A stretch of 63,640 nucleotides of DNA, the filler included, from Octopus bimaculoides (taxonomy: Eukaryota): assembly GCF_001194135.2 (NCBI RefSeq). It is 8 parts of 7 records of this genome, joined end to end, with 100 filler letters (N's around TTAATTAATTAA, not from the genome) between each part and the next. Parts side by side here need not be neighbours in the genome. Positions count along the whole stretch, not along the records: positions 8,551 to 14,909 come from NW_026333351.1; positions 15,010 to 35,178 come from NC_068989.1; 6 more parts are not named here. One strand, 5' to 3'. This document shows positions 12,442 to 26,532 of the stretch, in pieces; the stretch's first letter is position 1, and each line of letters begins with the position of its first letter. Position numbers and translations under genes: made by a program. The notes below the pieces were generated by a model. It was not told the DNA's origin. It saw only the letters and a program-made list of their open reading frames with translations, and ran no database searches.

Positions 12442-13999
12442 ACATATACGCAGACACAAAGTGAACGTCTGTTAGAGAGGATGAAATAGAGAGCGAAGAT
12501 AAAAGGGAAGAGAAAATATGTAGAAGTATATAATCAGATAAATAATATCAGGAAGTTCAAACTTACAAATCCACTAAATTGATAAGACTGTCGAACGATC
12601 CATGTTCAATAATCACGATTAAATTATTGGTTAGATCTCTGAAAAATGGAAGAGAATTGCTGAGAAATGTTATAAAGATGATTAGTCACAAAATTTTAAA
12701 TACGCATATGTTTAATCAACTGGATGTAGATGTAGAAGAAACGGAAGTAGAAGTGCAAAAATTAGATGGAGATAATGAGGAGTGGAGGTTATAATGATAT
12801 TGATAATGATGAGTTTTGACGAAGTAGACTGATTATAAAAATGATGCTAATGATGATGTCGTTTATGCTGATGAGATGATAATGAATGTGGTTTTGATGA
12901 TGGTGATGATCGCGTTCATGGCCATGATGCTTATAATGACAATGAAATACAGAAGTAGAAAAATAGAATTGGAAGCGGAGAATAGAAGAAAATTATGAAG
13001 TGAAGTAGATCATGGTGAATAAGAAACTGATAGGAATAAGACGAAAGGGGAAATGAGGCACACACACACACACATAGGGGCAATGCTACAGTTGTTTATA
13101 GCCCCAGGATGACATCTCCACCAGCTGCCAAAACGACACACTACTTGTGTCTTGTATTTGCAAAGGAATATCATGGTTCCCATCTCTGGGGACCATTACG
13201 TATCATTACGTAATAAACACAGAACCCAATTTCTGGGTAGTAACTCGTCATCGAAACCCTGGTCTGTGTGTATTACGGAAGGCGAGAGATGGGAATGTTT
13301 TTTTTTTCCTTTCGCAAATACTAATCAAACACAGACAGTATGTCATTAGGCAACTGGAGATATCTTCCTGGGTCTATAAAAACAAGAAGCATCGTTTCCT
13401 AGTGGACCTCCACGTTTGCGTATCAAATATACTTTACGATTCCGTGCTGCTGCTACTGTTTATGTCTCGCTCAGAGATTTGATATTGGTTGTATATATAT
13501 ATATATATATACATATGTATACATACAAATATATTTATATATATACATATATATATATATATATANNNNNNNNNNNNNNNNNNNNNNNNNNNNNNNNNNN
13601 NNNNNNNNNNNNNNNNNNNNNNNNNNNNNNNNNNNNNNNNNNNNNNNNNNNNNNNNNNNNNNNNNNNNNNNNNNNNNNNNNNNNNNNNNNNNNNNNNNNN
13701 NNNNNNNNNNNNNNNNNNNNNNNNNNNNNNNNNNNNNNNNNNNNNNNNNNNNNNNNNNNNNNNNNNNNNNNNNNNNNNNNNNNNNNNNNNNNNNNNNNNN
13801 NNNNNNNNNNNNNNNNNNNNNNNNNNNNNNNNNNNNNNNNNNNNNNNNNNNNNNNNNNNNNNNNNNNNNNNNNNNNNNNNNNNNNNNNNNNNNNNNNNNN
13901 NNNNNNNNNNNNNNNNNNNNNNNNNNNNNNNNNNNNNNNNNNNNNNNNNNNNNNNNNNNNNNNNNNNNNNNNNNNNNNNNNNNNNNNNNNNNNAAAATA

Positions 14000-14905
14000 T
14001 ACTCAGCTTTATCTTCTACAATGTTCTTCCCTCTGTCTGGTAGACGAGCAAGACCCCCTCATCCAAAAGTCACTTGTCCTTCACGAAAAATACTCCTCCA
14101 CTACTATTCTGACCTCGTCCCGAGGATTCACATTTCTTCCGTCCAAACGATTTTGAAGATTACGGAAGAAATCATAATCGGATGGGATAATGTCCCGTGA
14201 TTATGGTTAGTTGGACATCATTTCCCATTCAAACTGCCCCAGCATTTGGAACGTCGTCCCCGTTGTCTGTAGCCAAGCTTTAACCTGATGGAAGAACACC
14301 TTTCAGCTTGAAACCAAGGATGATCAATTTCCTTCTAGCGCTGGGTTACGTCAGTCAGGCTGTCGCAGATAACAACACCTTAAATGTGTGAAGACCTCCT
14401 TCAGCTTGGGAAGCTGGTGTTACTCCCTACTCTATCCACTGTCTTCGGAGTTTGGAATTTTATACAGAAACCATTTATCGTCACAAGTCACTATTCGGTC
14501 TATAGAATGTTCATTTGTGAGATGTGACAGGAAAGAAGAGCAAGCACTTACTCTCTGCGTGCGTTTAGCTCGCAAGATTTGTGAAGAGCCCATAATACAA
14601 TTTTCTGACTGTTTCGATGGCACATATGTGTCTGTGAATGGTTGAATTACCAAATCGCAGCTTCTCTACTAGTTCATCAACAGTTACGATGAAATTGTGT
14701 TCCCCCAGTGTTTTGCAGGACGTTCTCGTCGAGTTCTGCATATTTTACAGGATAAGGCTCTTCGTAACTTCCGGCTCTGAATTTCCGGAAACATCGTTGA
14801 CACATGCTTGCGATTATTGTCTGATCCCCATATACTACATTAATATTCCACGCACTTTCCATTGCATTGTTACATTTATTGAACTCATTACGAAAAATAT
14901 AACGA
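14000..14905 (-). mobile_element. Degenerate mariner (SETMAR/Mos1-like) transposase
   Basis: IDRIVTCDDKWFLY motif, GSYEEPYPVKYAELDENVL, PSDYDFFRNLQNRL; many stops. Confidence 0.85.
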
Positions 14906-15009
14906 ATATNNNNNNNNNNNNNNNNNNNNNNNNNNNNNNNNNNNNNNNNNNNNTTAATTAATTAANNNNNNNNNNNNNNNNNNNNNNNNNNNNNNNNNNN
15001 NNNNNNNNN

Positions 15010-15690
15010 CTTGGCCAATATATATCATTTCAAAATATGCAGTAAATTCTGGAGGCAAATCACAGTCATCAGATGAGTCAATAAAACCGTCGACAATGTC
15101 AATTAAAGAAAGAAATGATAATGTGAGAAAAGTTCTAATTTTCAAATTGAACACTTCATCTTCTCTATACCATTGTCGTAATTCTAGGTCACAGATTTTC
15201 TTAAAAATAGACTTAGATAAATGAAAGAAACATGAACTTATTCTTGCTTCTGGAAACTTTTCTACAAAACCTTTCTGAGCTCCTATTTTAAAGTTTGTCA
15301 ACAAAGATTTTGAATTAAGATGTGGTCTGAGTTGCAACAAATATATGAATAGACGAACATATTTCCTTTTTCTTACTAGAAGAAGGGCAAAAACTCTGGA
15401 AATACTAAATGTATGTTCTTGGATATGGATACAATATAGCTGATAATATATTGATGGACTGACTTTAAAGGTACCATCTGCTGCCCAGTTAGGAAAATTT
15501 ATCAAATCTTCTGAGTCATCTTCCATCGCAAATATTAGTATTCTATTCTTGTCATCAATACCCGAATCGAATACAAAGAACTTCTCTCCAGTTGCAAGAA
15601 ATCAATAGGATTCTGATATCTTGAAATTATTCCTTTGCTGTGGAAATTGGTGGTGCATTTTGTGCTTTTGTCTCCAAAGAAAGTAGAAGA
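15010..15690 (-). mobile_element. MULE (Mutator-like) transposase remnant
   Basis: GEKFFVFDSGIDDKNRILIF..WAADGTFKVSPSIYYQLYCIH..FALL..ISSCFFHLSKSIFKKICDLELRQWY. Confidence 0.85.
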
Positions 15691-16198
15691 GGTATACATT
15701 TGTCCAGGGATGCATTTGTCTAGGGATGCAAATGTCCAGTATGTAACTGTCTGTCCACCACACACACCACTTGCCACAATAGATAATTTTTTCTCCACAG
15801 TAACTTCAGTGAATTTGCCTTAAGAAGTTGAAATACGTCACAAACATATTTCAACCAACTTAAAGTCCATTTATTTTTAATCACTGCTTGGCGATGATGC
15901 AACTGTTTTCATCCCAAGCGGATGGTCTAATAGCACAACTCAGTCACTGTTGTTGACAATTTTTTAGTTAGCAATGGCTTTGAATCTGTCTAGAGTTACC
16001 TCCCTTTGGTATTTTCGATTGAGGAAGGCTAAAGAACCAGAAACACTGCATCTGGGAACCTAATAGGAGGAAACAGTGGGTAGATATGATGTTTTACACC
16101 TTTTATCATAAGAGAGAATTTTTTTCTTTATGGTAATTGCAGTGAATTTGCCTTTAGAAGTTGAAATATGTCACAAATATATTTCAACTAACCTAAAG

Positions 16199-16236
<38 letters not shown>

Positions 16237-16405
16237 NNNNNNNNNNNNNNNATATATAAATATACAGGGTTATTCAAAAAGCATCCCACCAGCAAAAGAA
16301 CAATTGATACAAATTATATTTTTAAAAAACTCAAAAATTATATAAACATCCAACTCAGAGTAACAGGAGTCACAAATAAGCAAGTAAATAAATAAATAAA
16401 CATAC

Positions 16406-16535
16406 AACACTTGGCACAGATAAACCAGCAATGTGGGGAGTAATTATAACATTTGGCATTTTCCATAGCAAAGAATCCAATGGAAGAGGTTCTGTATTGA
16501 AGACATCCAAAATGGCACCATCAAGCCATTTTGAC
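16406..16535 (-). CDS. 2-hydroxyacid dehydrogenase exon (130 nt, phase 2-0): (R)[43 protein letters not shown]
   Basis: Acceptor ttccttctgcag, donor gtatgt; catalytic Glu and His motifs. Confidence 0.94.
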
Positions 16536-19342
16536 CTGCAGAAGGAATATAAAACAAAATATAGTTGATAGTTATGTATGTGATGAGAAGGTGCATGGCT
16601 CAGTGGTTAGAGCGTCGAACTCACAATCATGTTGTTGCTTGTTCCTTCTCGAGCAATGCCTGGCTCATAAGGGCCAGTTTCCTGGTTTCATTGGTGTATA
16701 GGGCCCCTACCTGGATGGGACGCCAGTCTGTCACAGGTGAACTGCTAAATGCAGGAGGAAAGAGTGAGAGAAAGTTGTGGTGAAAGAGTCAGCAGAAGTT
16801 CACCATTACCTTCTGCCGGAACCGCATGGAGCTTAGGTGTTTCACTCATAAACACACACATCGCCCAGTCTGAGATTCAAACCCACAATCCCTCAACCAT
16901 GAATCTGCTGCTCTAACCACTAAGGGAAAGGCAAAGACTGATACAGCTTGACACCAATGATGTCAAGACTCATTTCTACAGCTGAGTAAACTGGAGCAAT
17001 GTGAAATGAAGTGTCTTGCTCAAGAACACAACACACAGCCTGGTCCGGGAATCGAACTCACTACCTCATGATTGTGAGACTGATGCTCTAAGCACTGAGC
17101 CATGCACCTTCACTGATGAAATATTTCATTTAAATTAATTTTAATTAAACAATGATGGTGAGAACAAAACAGAAGTTATTATAAGTGATTTGATCTGAGA
17201 TTAATGTGTTGAAACTGATGCAATTACTATATGGAAGACATATTGGTTTCAAGTTTTGGCACAAGGCCTGCAAACTCAGGGGAAAGGGAAAGTCGATTAC
17301 ATCAATCTTAGTGCTTAAACTGGTACTTATTTTATCACCCCCAAAGGATGAAATTGACTTTAGCAGAATTTGAACTCAGAACATGAAGACATGAAATACT
17401 GCTATGCATTTTGCCCAGCATGCTAACGATTCTGCCAGCTTGCGGGCCGAAGTTGAGAGTAATATTGGTTTGACATATTTGCACAAGACCAGCAGGTTGG
17501 GGGGAAGGGATAAATTTATTACATCGATCCCAGTGCTCAACTGGTATTTATTTTATTGATCCCAAAAGGGTGAAAGACAAAGTTGACTTCAGCAGAATTT
17601 AAACTCAGAGCATAAAAACAAGCAAAATGCCACTAAACATTCTGCCCAGTGTGCTAACGATTCTGCCAGCCTGCCACTTTGACATAGTAGGCACTGAAAA
17701 ACACATAAAAACTATTAACTTCACTTATCATTTATTATTTGGTCTCAAAATTTTCGTTGCACCAACAGTGACCTGGTCACAACTATTGTATCAGCTATTG
17801 TATCAGCTATTGTATCAGTTGCACCAACTGTGACCTAGTCACAGCTATTGTATCACAATTAGTACAACAAACATTTTGAAACTAAATAATAAATGACAAA
17901 GTGAAGTTAACAGATTTTGTGTGTATTTGAATAGTTAATGTGAGTTTTCTTATTTCTTTATTGCCCACAGGGGACCTATTACAGAGGGGACAGACAAAGG
18001 GATTAAGTCGATTAAATCAACCCCATTGCGTAATTGGTACTAAATTTATTGACCTCGAAAGGATGAAAGGCAAAGTCGACCTCAGCGGAATTGGAACTCA
18101 GAACGTAATGGCAGACGTAATACCACTAAACATTTCACCCAGCGTGCTAACATTTCTGTCAGCTCGCCGCCTTCTAATGTGAGTTTTCTGTGCTGTAATT
18201 GTTTTAGTTTCGACACAGGGTCTTCAAGAATATGAAGAATGACAACAGCAGTTTTACTTATAACAAATTACAAACCTAAATTAAACACACAGATATGTCA
18301 CATGTAAAATATATATATATCTTGATATCATGCTACCAACCAAGATTATCATCACATACTTTTAAATCTAGTTTGAGGATCGTATCAGTAAAATTATTCC
18401 TAAGAGTCTTTGAGTATGTGTACGCATATGTGTGTGCGTGTGTGTGTGTATACATATATGTGTTTGCATATGTGCATACACGTGAGAAACAGAGTGTGGG
18501 GAGATGCATGCATGCATGTGTGTGTAAGTATGTGTGTGAAAGGGATTAAAGTGGATAGAGAATGAGTGCATGCGTGCATGTCACTCAATCATTTAATCAT
18601 GTGTATCTGGTAGAAAATACTAATATATAAAATGTAACAAAAGAAAACATACCTGAGAGCATTCACAAGAGAATCATCATCAATGACATCACCTCTACCA
18701 ACATTTATAAAGGTTGTTTTCTACAAAAACATTAAAGTATTAATTATTAGGTCGTCAAGTATGAAATTTGTAGAAAAAAAAAAAAAAATTGTTAATGTTT
18801 TATAAATACAAGGAATAGTTTTATTCATCAAAGTATGCACCCATATTGTCAATACACTTTTGCCATTTCAGCGGTAGCTTGTCCAGCCCGGAACTGTAAA
18901 AGCTTGGCAATCTAGAGTTAATAAAATCTTGGAAGGCATTTTACAGCATCAGTCAGTGGGAGCAAGATCAGATGAGTATGGTGGATGATGGAGAACTTCC
19001 AACTCCAACTCCAACTCCTGTAGTTTTTCCAATGTCATTTTTGCAATGTGTAGTCTGGCAGTGTCTTGCAATAAAATAGGATCTGTTGAATAATCTAGGC
19101 TGTTTTTTGTAAGTTTCTGCATCACTTGGTCCAGCTGGCTGCAGTATAATTTGGCCATGATTGATGGCCATGCTGGAGCACCGCCTTTAGTCGAGCAAAT
19201 CGATCCCAGGACTTATTCTTTGTAAGCCTAGTACTTATTCTATCAGTCTATTTTGCCAAACTGCTAAGTTACAGGGACATAAATACACCAGCATCGGTTG
19301 TCAAGCAACGTTGAGGGGACAAACACAGACACACACACACAT

Positions 19343-19389
<47 letters not shown>

Positions 19390-19814
19390 TACATATATAC
19401 AACAGGCTTCTTTCAGTTTCCATCTACCAAATCTACTCACAAGGCTTTGGTTGGCCCGAGGCTATAGTAGAAGACATTTGCCCAAGATGCCATGCAGTGG
19501 GACTGAACCCTGAACCATGTGGTTGGTAAGCAAGCTACTTACCACACAGCCACTCCTGCTACAATTTGATTCAAAACTGATTCATTTTTGTGATGAGAAA
19601 GTAGCATAATGCAGGCTTCCAAACGTTGCAGTTTCTGATTTTCATTGAATTCATGTGGAACCCACTTATCCAACTTTTTCACTTTACCAATTTGAACTAG
19701 GTGAGTCAATATTGGTTGCTTGCTAACACCAAACAACAGCTCGGTCTGGGAATCAAACTCACTAAGTCATGATTGTGAGCCTGACACTTTAACCACTGAG
19801 CCACGCAGCTTCAC

Positions 19815-19858
<44 letters not shown>

Positions 19859-20415
19859 TATAATAATTATAATAATATTCCAAATGTTGATACAAGCCCA
19901 GCAATTTTAGGAGGAGGAGGTCTATTGTTAACATTAACATCAGTATTTGACTGGTACTTTATTTTAGTGATCCCCAAAAAGAATATTTATATGTAGTTTA
20001 TATGTGCTTTTATAAATGAAAAAAAAACACAAATACATACTCGATTCTTACAAGCAGCAAGCACATCTCCTGATAGCAATCCACGTGTATCCTTTGTACT
20101 GGGAAGGATATTGCATATGTAGTCACAGTTGGACAAGAGGTGCTCCAGATTGGATGTTGTGCTAGCAACAAATAAAATAATTACATATGATTGATACAGT
20201 TATAATTTTCTAATTAAACAACATTTATTATTATATGTGTACAAGTGCAAACATGGGTGCATGGTTAAGAAGTTCGTTTTCTAAACTCAAGGTTGTTGGT
20301 TCAGTCCCATGCATGGCACCTTTGGTAACAATCTCCTGTTATACCCCCAGATTACCAAAGTGTTATGAGTGGATTTTTGGAAGATGGAAACTAAAAAAAA
20401 CCCATCTTGTGTGTG

Positions 20416-20448
<33 letters not shown>

Positions 20449-20471
20449 ACGTGTGTGTATATATGCATATG

Positions 20472-20565
<94 letters not shown>

Positions 20566-23500
20566 CGGATATATATATATATATGTGTGTTTATACATAT
20601 AAGTATATATATATACTAGCTGATGTACTCGGTAATTTCCAAGAAAGCGGGGCTTATCCCTTGGTTCCATTCTCATAACTGTTTTGCTAATCCAATAACA
20701 ATAATACAAAGTATGATCTATTCAAAATAATGTGAATAAGTAAGCATTACATTTGACAGTAATCTGAATGCTAAAGGGCAAAGAGCAAATATACACATAA
20801 CTATCCTAAACATGGTGTTCTGTCATAGAAGCATAAGGCATTTATATTTTTATTTTATTTATTTATAATTTTTTTTAATTTTTAGATTTTGACTCATATT
20901 GGAGGTGAAGAGTTTTTTCTCCTTTACATGGGACGAACTCACTTGAGATTGTTTCAAGTCCTACAATGCAAACTTCTAAATTAAAACCTTCCATCAAAAC
21001 TTCATGTAAATTTACGTTCTAAACACCATATTAATAATGACAGTTATTTTACTAAATTCTTCATAATTTTTTATATTAATCTAAACAAAGGCAGTGTATT
21101 TCAACAGAAATTTGGTAACAAAAGGGTTGATATTGTATGTATTAAATTTGCTAACACTAACTTAACTATCCTTTTTCATGCAGATGGCGTCCCTGAATTA
21201 CTTGACCACAATTCACGCTGTTTCCTACACCAAGAGTGTAGTAGTCACTGAAAAGCACTCTCAAAGCATGCAAGCTATTTGTAAAACGAAATTTGAGAGT
21301 GGTCTCCCTTGACTAAACTAGCAACACTTCCATAATATAAAGTTTACAAAGCAACATATTTATACCGCATTCTGAACTTCTTATATTTACTTTTTCCCAA
21401 CGGAGCTCATCAATAGTTTCCTCGGATACTTAAGAGTGTATTTTATATCAATATAATATCAGTTACAGGCATGACTATGTGGTTAAGAAGTTCATTTCAC
21501 AATGACATGGTTAAAGGTTTGATCCAACTGCGAGGATCGTTGTTGACTGGCTTCTGATATAAAAGCTACAGGTCGACCAATACCTTGAGAGTAAACTTGG
21601 TAGATGAGCACTGAAGATGCCTATCATACATGCGTGCGTGTGTGTGTGTGTACACAGAGAAAGAGAAGATATAGATAGATGTCTATAGGTGTAAGTATGG
21701 AAGTGTGTATAAGTGTGTGTGCGCGTGCAAGCACACGTATATACATAAACACACATACACACACAGAAAGCGGAGATAGATAGATGTATGTGAGTGTATG
21801 CATATGTGTGTGTGCGTAAGAGAGTGTATACGTGTGTGTTCATATTCATATTTCCTCTGATTTTCACATGTATTTCCTGATTGTAAACAAAAGCATCACT
21901 GTTCATGCAGCTGGTACTGTTTGCTCGCAGTTAACCTTGAAAACATGTCCAGGCATTTGCATATGCCATGATATGGTGTACGAATTTAGTAAACAAAAGG
22001 CTCGTTCAAAGAGCGCTGTTTGTTTTGAGTTTTCTGCGAAACTATGTCTAGGTTGTTTGCTGTTTGATAGTCAAGGGAAGCAGACGGGGATAGGTGTCAA
22101 TAAGGACATTTACCCTAACATAACCTCTTATAATCCATATAAGCATAGAAAGGTAGATGTTAAAACGAGGATGAAAATGGTGATGACACCGACAATGGTG
22201 ATAACAACGACGATGATTACGCTGATGATGATGACAATGACAACAATAATGATAGTGACAATTATGATGTTGACTACTGACCGAGACCTTTGGAAATGTG
22301 CTGTGCGTGAGAAGACCCGGCAAGCCAAGTAAGATCGTTGCCAGTGCCCCTGGACTGGCTCTTGTGCGGATGGCACATGAGATGCACCATTTTGAGCGTG
22401 GCCGTTGCCAGTACCGCCTGACTGGCTCCCGTAGGATTTTCGAGCGAGATCGTTGCCAGTGCCCCTGGACTGGCTCTTGTGCGGGTGGCACATAAAAGAC
22501 ACCTTTTCGAGCATGGCCGTTTTCATGCGGGTGACACGTAAAAGCACCCACTACACTCTCTGAGTGGTTGGCGTTAGGAAGGGCATCCAGCTGTAGAAAC
22601 TCTGCCAAATTAGATTGGAGCCTGGTGTTGCCATCCGGTTTCACCAGTCCTCAGTCAAATCGTCCAACCCATGCTAGCATGGAAAGCGGACGTTAAACGA
22701 TGATGATGATAATGATGATGATATCAACTTAAGTAAGTTCAAAATGTTTTTAGAATATTTAGGAGTATAGAGGTAGGAATTAGTTTTTATTGACGCTGTT
22801 TATATAATTTTGGTGAATTGATTTTAAAAGAAACTCTGCAATCATTGCCTTAATTTTAAGCAAATCTACAAAAGAAATTACTTACCACAGATGATCGACC
22901 TCAGGATACTGAGTCTTTCTTTCTTCAGTGTTACTTCGCACCAGACCCCATGTTGTCATACCCAGAAATTTACATGTTTTAGCAACTGTTTGGCAATGAG
23001 GATAAGAAAAATTGAAAAGATAAAATACATTAAATAATGAAAGCAAAATAAATCTTAGAAACAGAATTAACTTAATTTTTTAAATTCTATCTGAAGTAAT
23101 AAGTCTTGAATGGAATGGTCATATAGAATTAGATTTTAGTTGGAAATAGTTCTAACAATATATTTAGAAGCTCAAACGTACATGTGTGTGCGACATTTGT
23201 AATAAATGCAGTCCCCCCCCCCCACTTCTCTAACTAAAAAGTTTTTTTCTTTTCTTAAAGTTTTACAGAAGAATGAAATCCATCAAGAGAAAGTAGAGAT
23301 TATTATTTTACAAATAATCCAAATGTTATATCATGTAGAATTGTGAAAATATCAAAGAAAAAGAAAAGACATTTTTTTCTCTATTTTCTCTCCTCTCACT
23401 TAGTTTCAAAATACACAACTTTATATATATATATATAATTTTTTTCTTTCTTACTTTCAGCTTAGAGCTGTGGCCATGCTGGGGCACTGCCATTTTGCAA

Positions 23501-26494
23501 ATATGTGACATTTGGTGAATAATGGAGTTTGATGTCGCTACCCTCATTTGCACCTCTTGCCATGCGGTAGGTTCATCTGGGACTCTCGACAGGAAGAGGT
23601 TCAGTTTTGATTTGAAACTACCAACATCCACTTTGTGTAGGTCCCTCAGGCTCTTTGGGAGAATATTAAAAAGCTGTGGTCCCTGAAACCCAGGCTGGTC
23701 CTGAAGCGCGATGGCATTGCTGGGATCTTTGGCACTGTGCAGTGTCGACCCATTCTGGCATTGGTGTAGCTTTCAATGCTAAAATTTGGCACAATTCCTC
23801 CCAGGATCTCCCAGATGTATATTTCTGCATACCTCTCCTGCCTTTGTTCCAGGGAGTAGAGTCTTAGCTGTTTCAGCCTTTCCCAGTAGCTGAGCTGTTG
23901 CAATGAGATGATTTTCTTTGTGAAGCTTTACTGCATTGCTTCAAGTTCTGCTGTTAATTTTACACTGTTGGGTGACCATAGCTGGGAGCAGTAATCCAGG
24001 TGGGTGAGGACAAATGTCCTCCAGAGGACCATAATGTTTTCCTTCTCTCTGGTTCTGAATGTTCTCACGATCCATCCAGCCAGTCGTCTGCACTTTATCA
24101 CCATCCTGGTAATGTGCATTTGGAAAGAGGTATCAACACTCATGTCAATACCCAGGTCCCTCACTGATTTAGGCTCTGGGATTGTNNNNNNNNNNGTATC
24201 AACACTCATGTCAATACCCAGGTCCCTCACTGATTTAGGCTCTGGGATTGTAATCCCATGTGGCCCAGTGTACCCTGTAACTTTTATATTCAATTTTGGA
24301 CGTAGGTAGTGCAGGGCTTGGAAATTTTCAGCATTAAACTGCATATTATTATCTTCAGCCCATCTGTAAATTGAGTCCAACTCCTGCTGCAGATGTGCAA
24401 CATCACTGGGGTTCTGTATTTTCTGCGAGACTTTCAATAACAACATGTATATACATATCCGTACCTTCAAAACGCGGCGTAGATAAAACAGGGGACAACT
24501 GATGAAGGGAATTTCTTTATGTTGCCTGTCTTGTTTCTCTGTTTGTTTGTTTGTTTCTTTCATTGTTCAAAAAAATGTTCGTTTTCTATGTCTTTGATTT
24601 TTATGTTCTCATTTCTCATTTTGTCTACGTTTTTTTGATGTCCTGTACCCATATATGCATGTATATATATACATATATATGTAGGTATGTACATATATGT
24701 ATGTATATATGCATATATTTATATATTAGGTATATATATAATCTCAACAAATGATCTTTAAAATGATATGAAAGTGCAAAATTAATACTTACTATGTTTT
24801 CCTATCTCACCAACCCCTAAAATTCCAATATTCAACTGACTTGTCACAAAAAGGGTTGAATATTTATTTCTGAAAATTTTTTAAAATCCAAGTTATACAC
24901 ATTGTTCATATGACCATTTCATAGAATTGTATTTGATAATTTTTTTGAATTTGAAAATTTTATTTCATTTTTAAAGTTTTAAATTATTTCATATTTTTAA
25001 TGCTTATTGCAGACAAGAATTATAAATTAATATTTAAAAATTCTAAAATATTTTAAAATATAAATTTAAAATACTTATTTAAACTAGTGCTTGCTTTCAA
25101 TATTCTCTACTAAGCTAGAAATCTCAGTAGTTAATTAGCGTGAAATGTAAAAAAGCCAGTGAGTTGGCAGAATAGTGAGCATACCAGATAAAGTGTTTAG
25201 TGGCATTTTATCTGTCTTTATGTTCTGAGTTCAAATCCCACCCAGGTTGATTTTGCCTTTTATCCTTTCAGGGTTGATGAAATAAGTATAAGTTAAGCAC
25301 TAGGGGTCGATCTCATCAACTAGCTCCCTCCCATAAAATTTCAGGCCTTGTGCCCATAGTAGAAAGTATTATGAGTTTAAATAACAGGAACTGTGCTGTC
25401 ACTTAATAGTTTTAGTCTTATTTGTCTCAGTGAACTTTTTAAACTTAGACATAATGATAAACGGACAACCAACAGCATTAAATATAAATGCCATCTAAGC
25501 CTAAAGGAGCAGATTCATAGAGCTAAGTGTTTATGTGAAGACAATCTCCTCCAGGAGAAAATGCTTATCTGCAAGCATTCTCAAGTGATCTTGTACGTCA
25601 CTTTTATTCTAAGAGTGTGAAACCGAGAGATTGCATAAGGAAACAGTAGAGTACTGTGAAGTTGCAGACCAACATCATCTTTTAATGTCCATATTCTATA
25701 CTGGCATCAGTTGGATGGTTTCACAGAATCCAGTTGGTTTGATGACTGTGTTGTGCTCCAATGTCTGCTTAAGCATGATTTCTATGCTGAATGCCCTTAA
25801 ATATACAGAGTGCTTTTTTTGTGGCACCATGCACTAGTGAGATCATCATGTAGCTCACAAGACTAAGATTCCCTTCAACAGAGTAAGGCTACAATAGATA
25901 AGGGGGCAGCTTTATGTTAGAGGATGAGAGTTTAGAGTATGAAAGAAGAGATCATTATAGTCATATAACAATGTAGACTTAAGTTTTTTGACAAGAAACA
26001 CAGATTTGAATCGATAACTATCAGCATATTCTCCAATACTTTACCTACTGAGTCATTCAGCCTCAATATAAAATGTTTATGGCTCCAGATTTGAAACCTT
26101 ACCAGAGAAAAAGCAACTATAAAGGTGACAGGCTTTCAAAACTGAGAAAAACTCTAATTAGACCTCACTGAAGGAAATCCAATAATTTGAAGATGTTAAA
26201 AATAGACAAAGGTAAAGCATAACATCAGCTGAAATATTTAAAGATAAGAGCAGGCTATTTTTACCTTTCATTACACTTAATTTCCTGTTTGTTTATTTCC
26301 TTATTTATTTTGTGTTTTATATCCAACTTTTTCCTTTTCTGGACAAGGCAGGATTGTTTTCAGGGAGCAATTGCTTTCACAACTCAATAGCCCTCTTATT
26401 ATCACTCAACCATGTAACAGGAATGGAGCATTCGGTGAAACTAAATCTAATAGAATTATATCTATTGATCAAGAGCAATCAATACATATTTATA

Positions 26495-26532
<38 letters not shown>

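Noticed and set aside
14954-14965. Recurrent TTAATTAATTAA palindrome as a regulatory or recombination site
   Set aside because: Always centred in a fixed 100-bp N run; it is an assembly spacer
17761-17860. Short regularly spaced repeats as a CRISPR-like array
   Set aside because: 12-bp tandem units without unique spacers, inside a MITE in eukaryotic DNA
24130-24250. Apparent 55-bp tandem duplication ([19 protein letters not shown] twice) in the CR1-like LINE
   Set aside because: Identical copies flank a 10-N gap, the signature of unmerged overlapping contig ends
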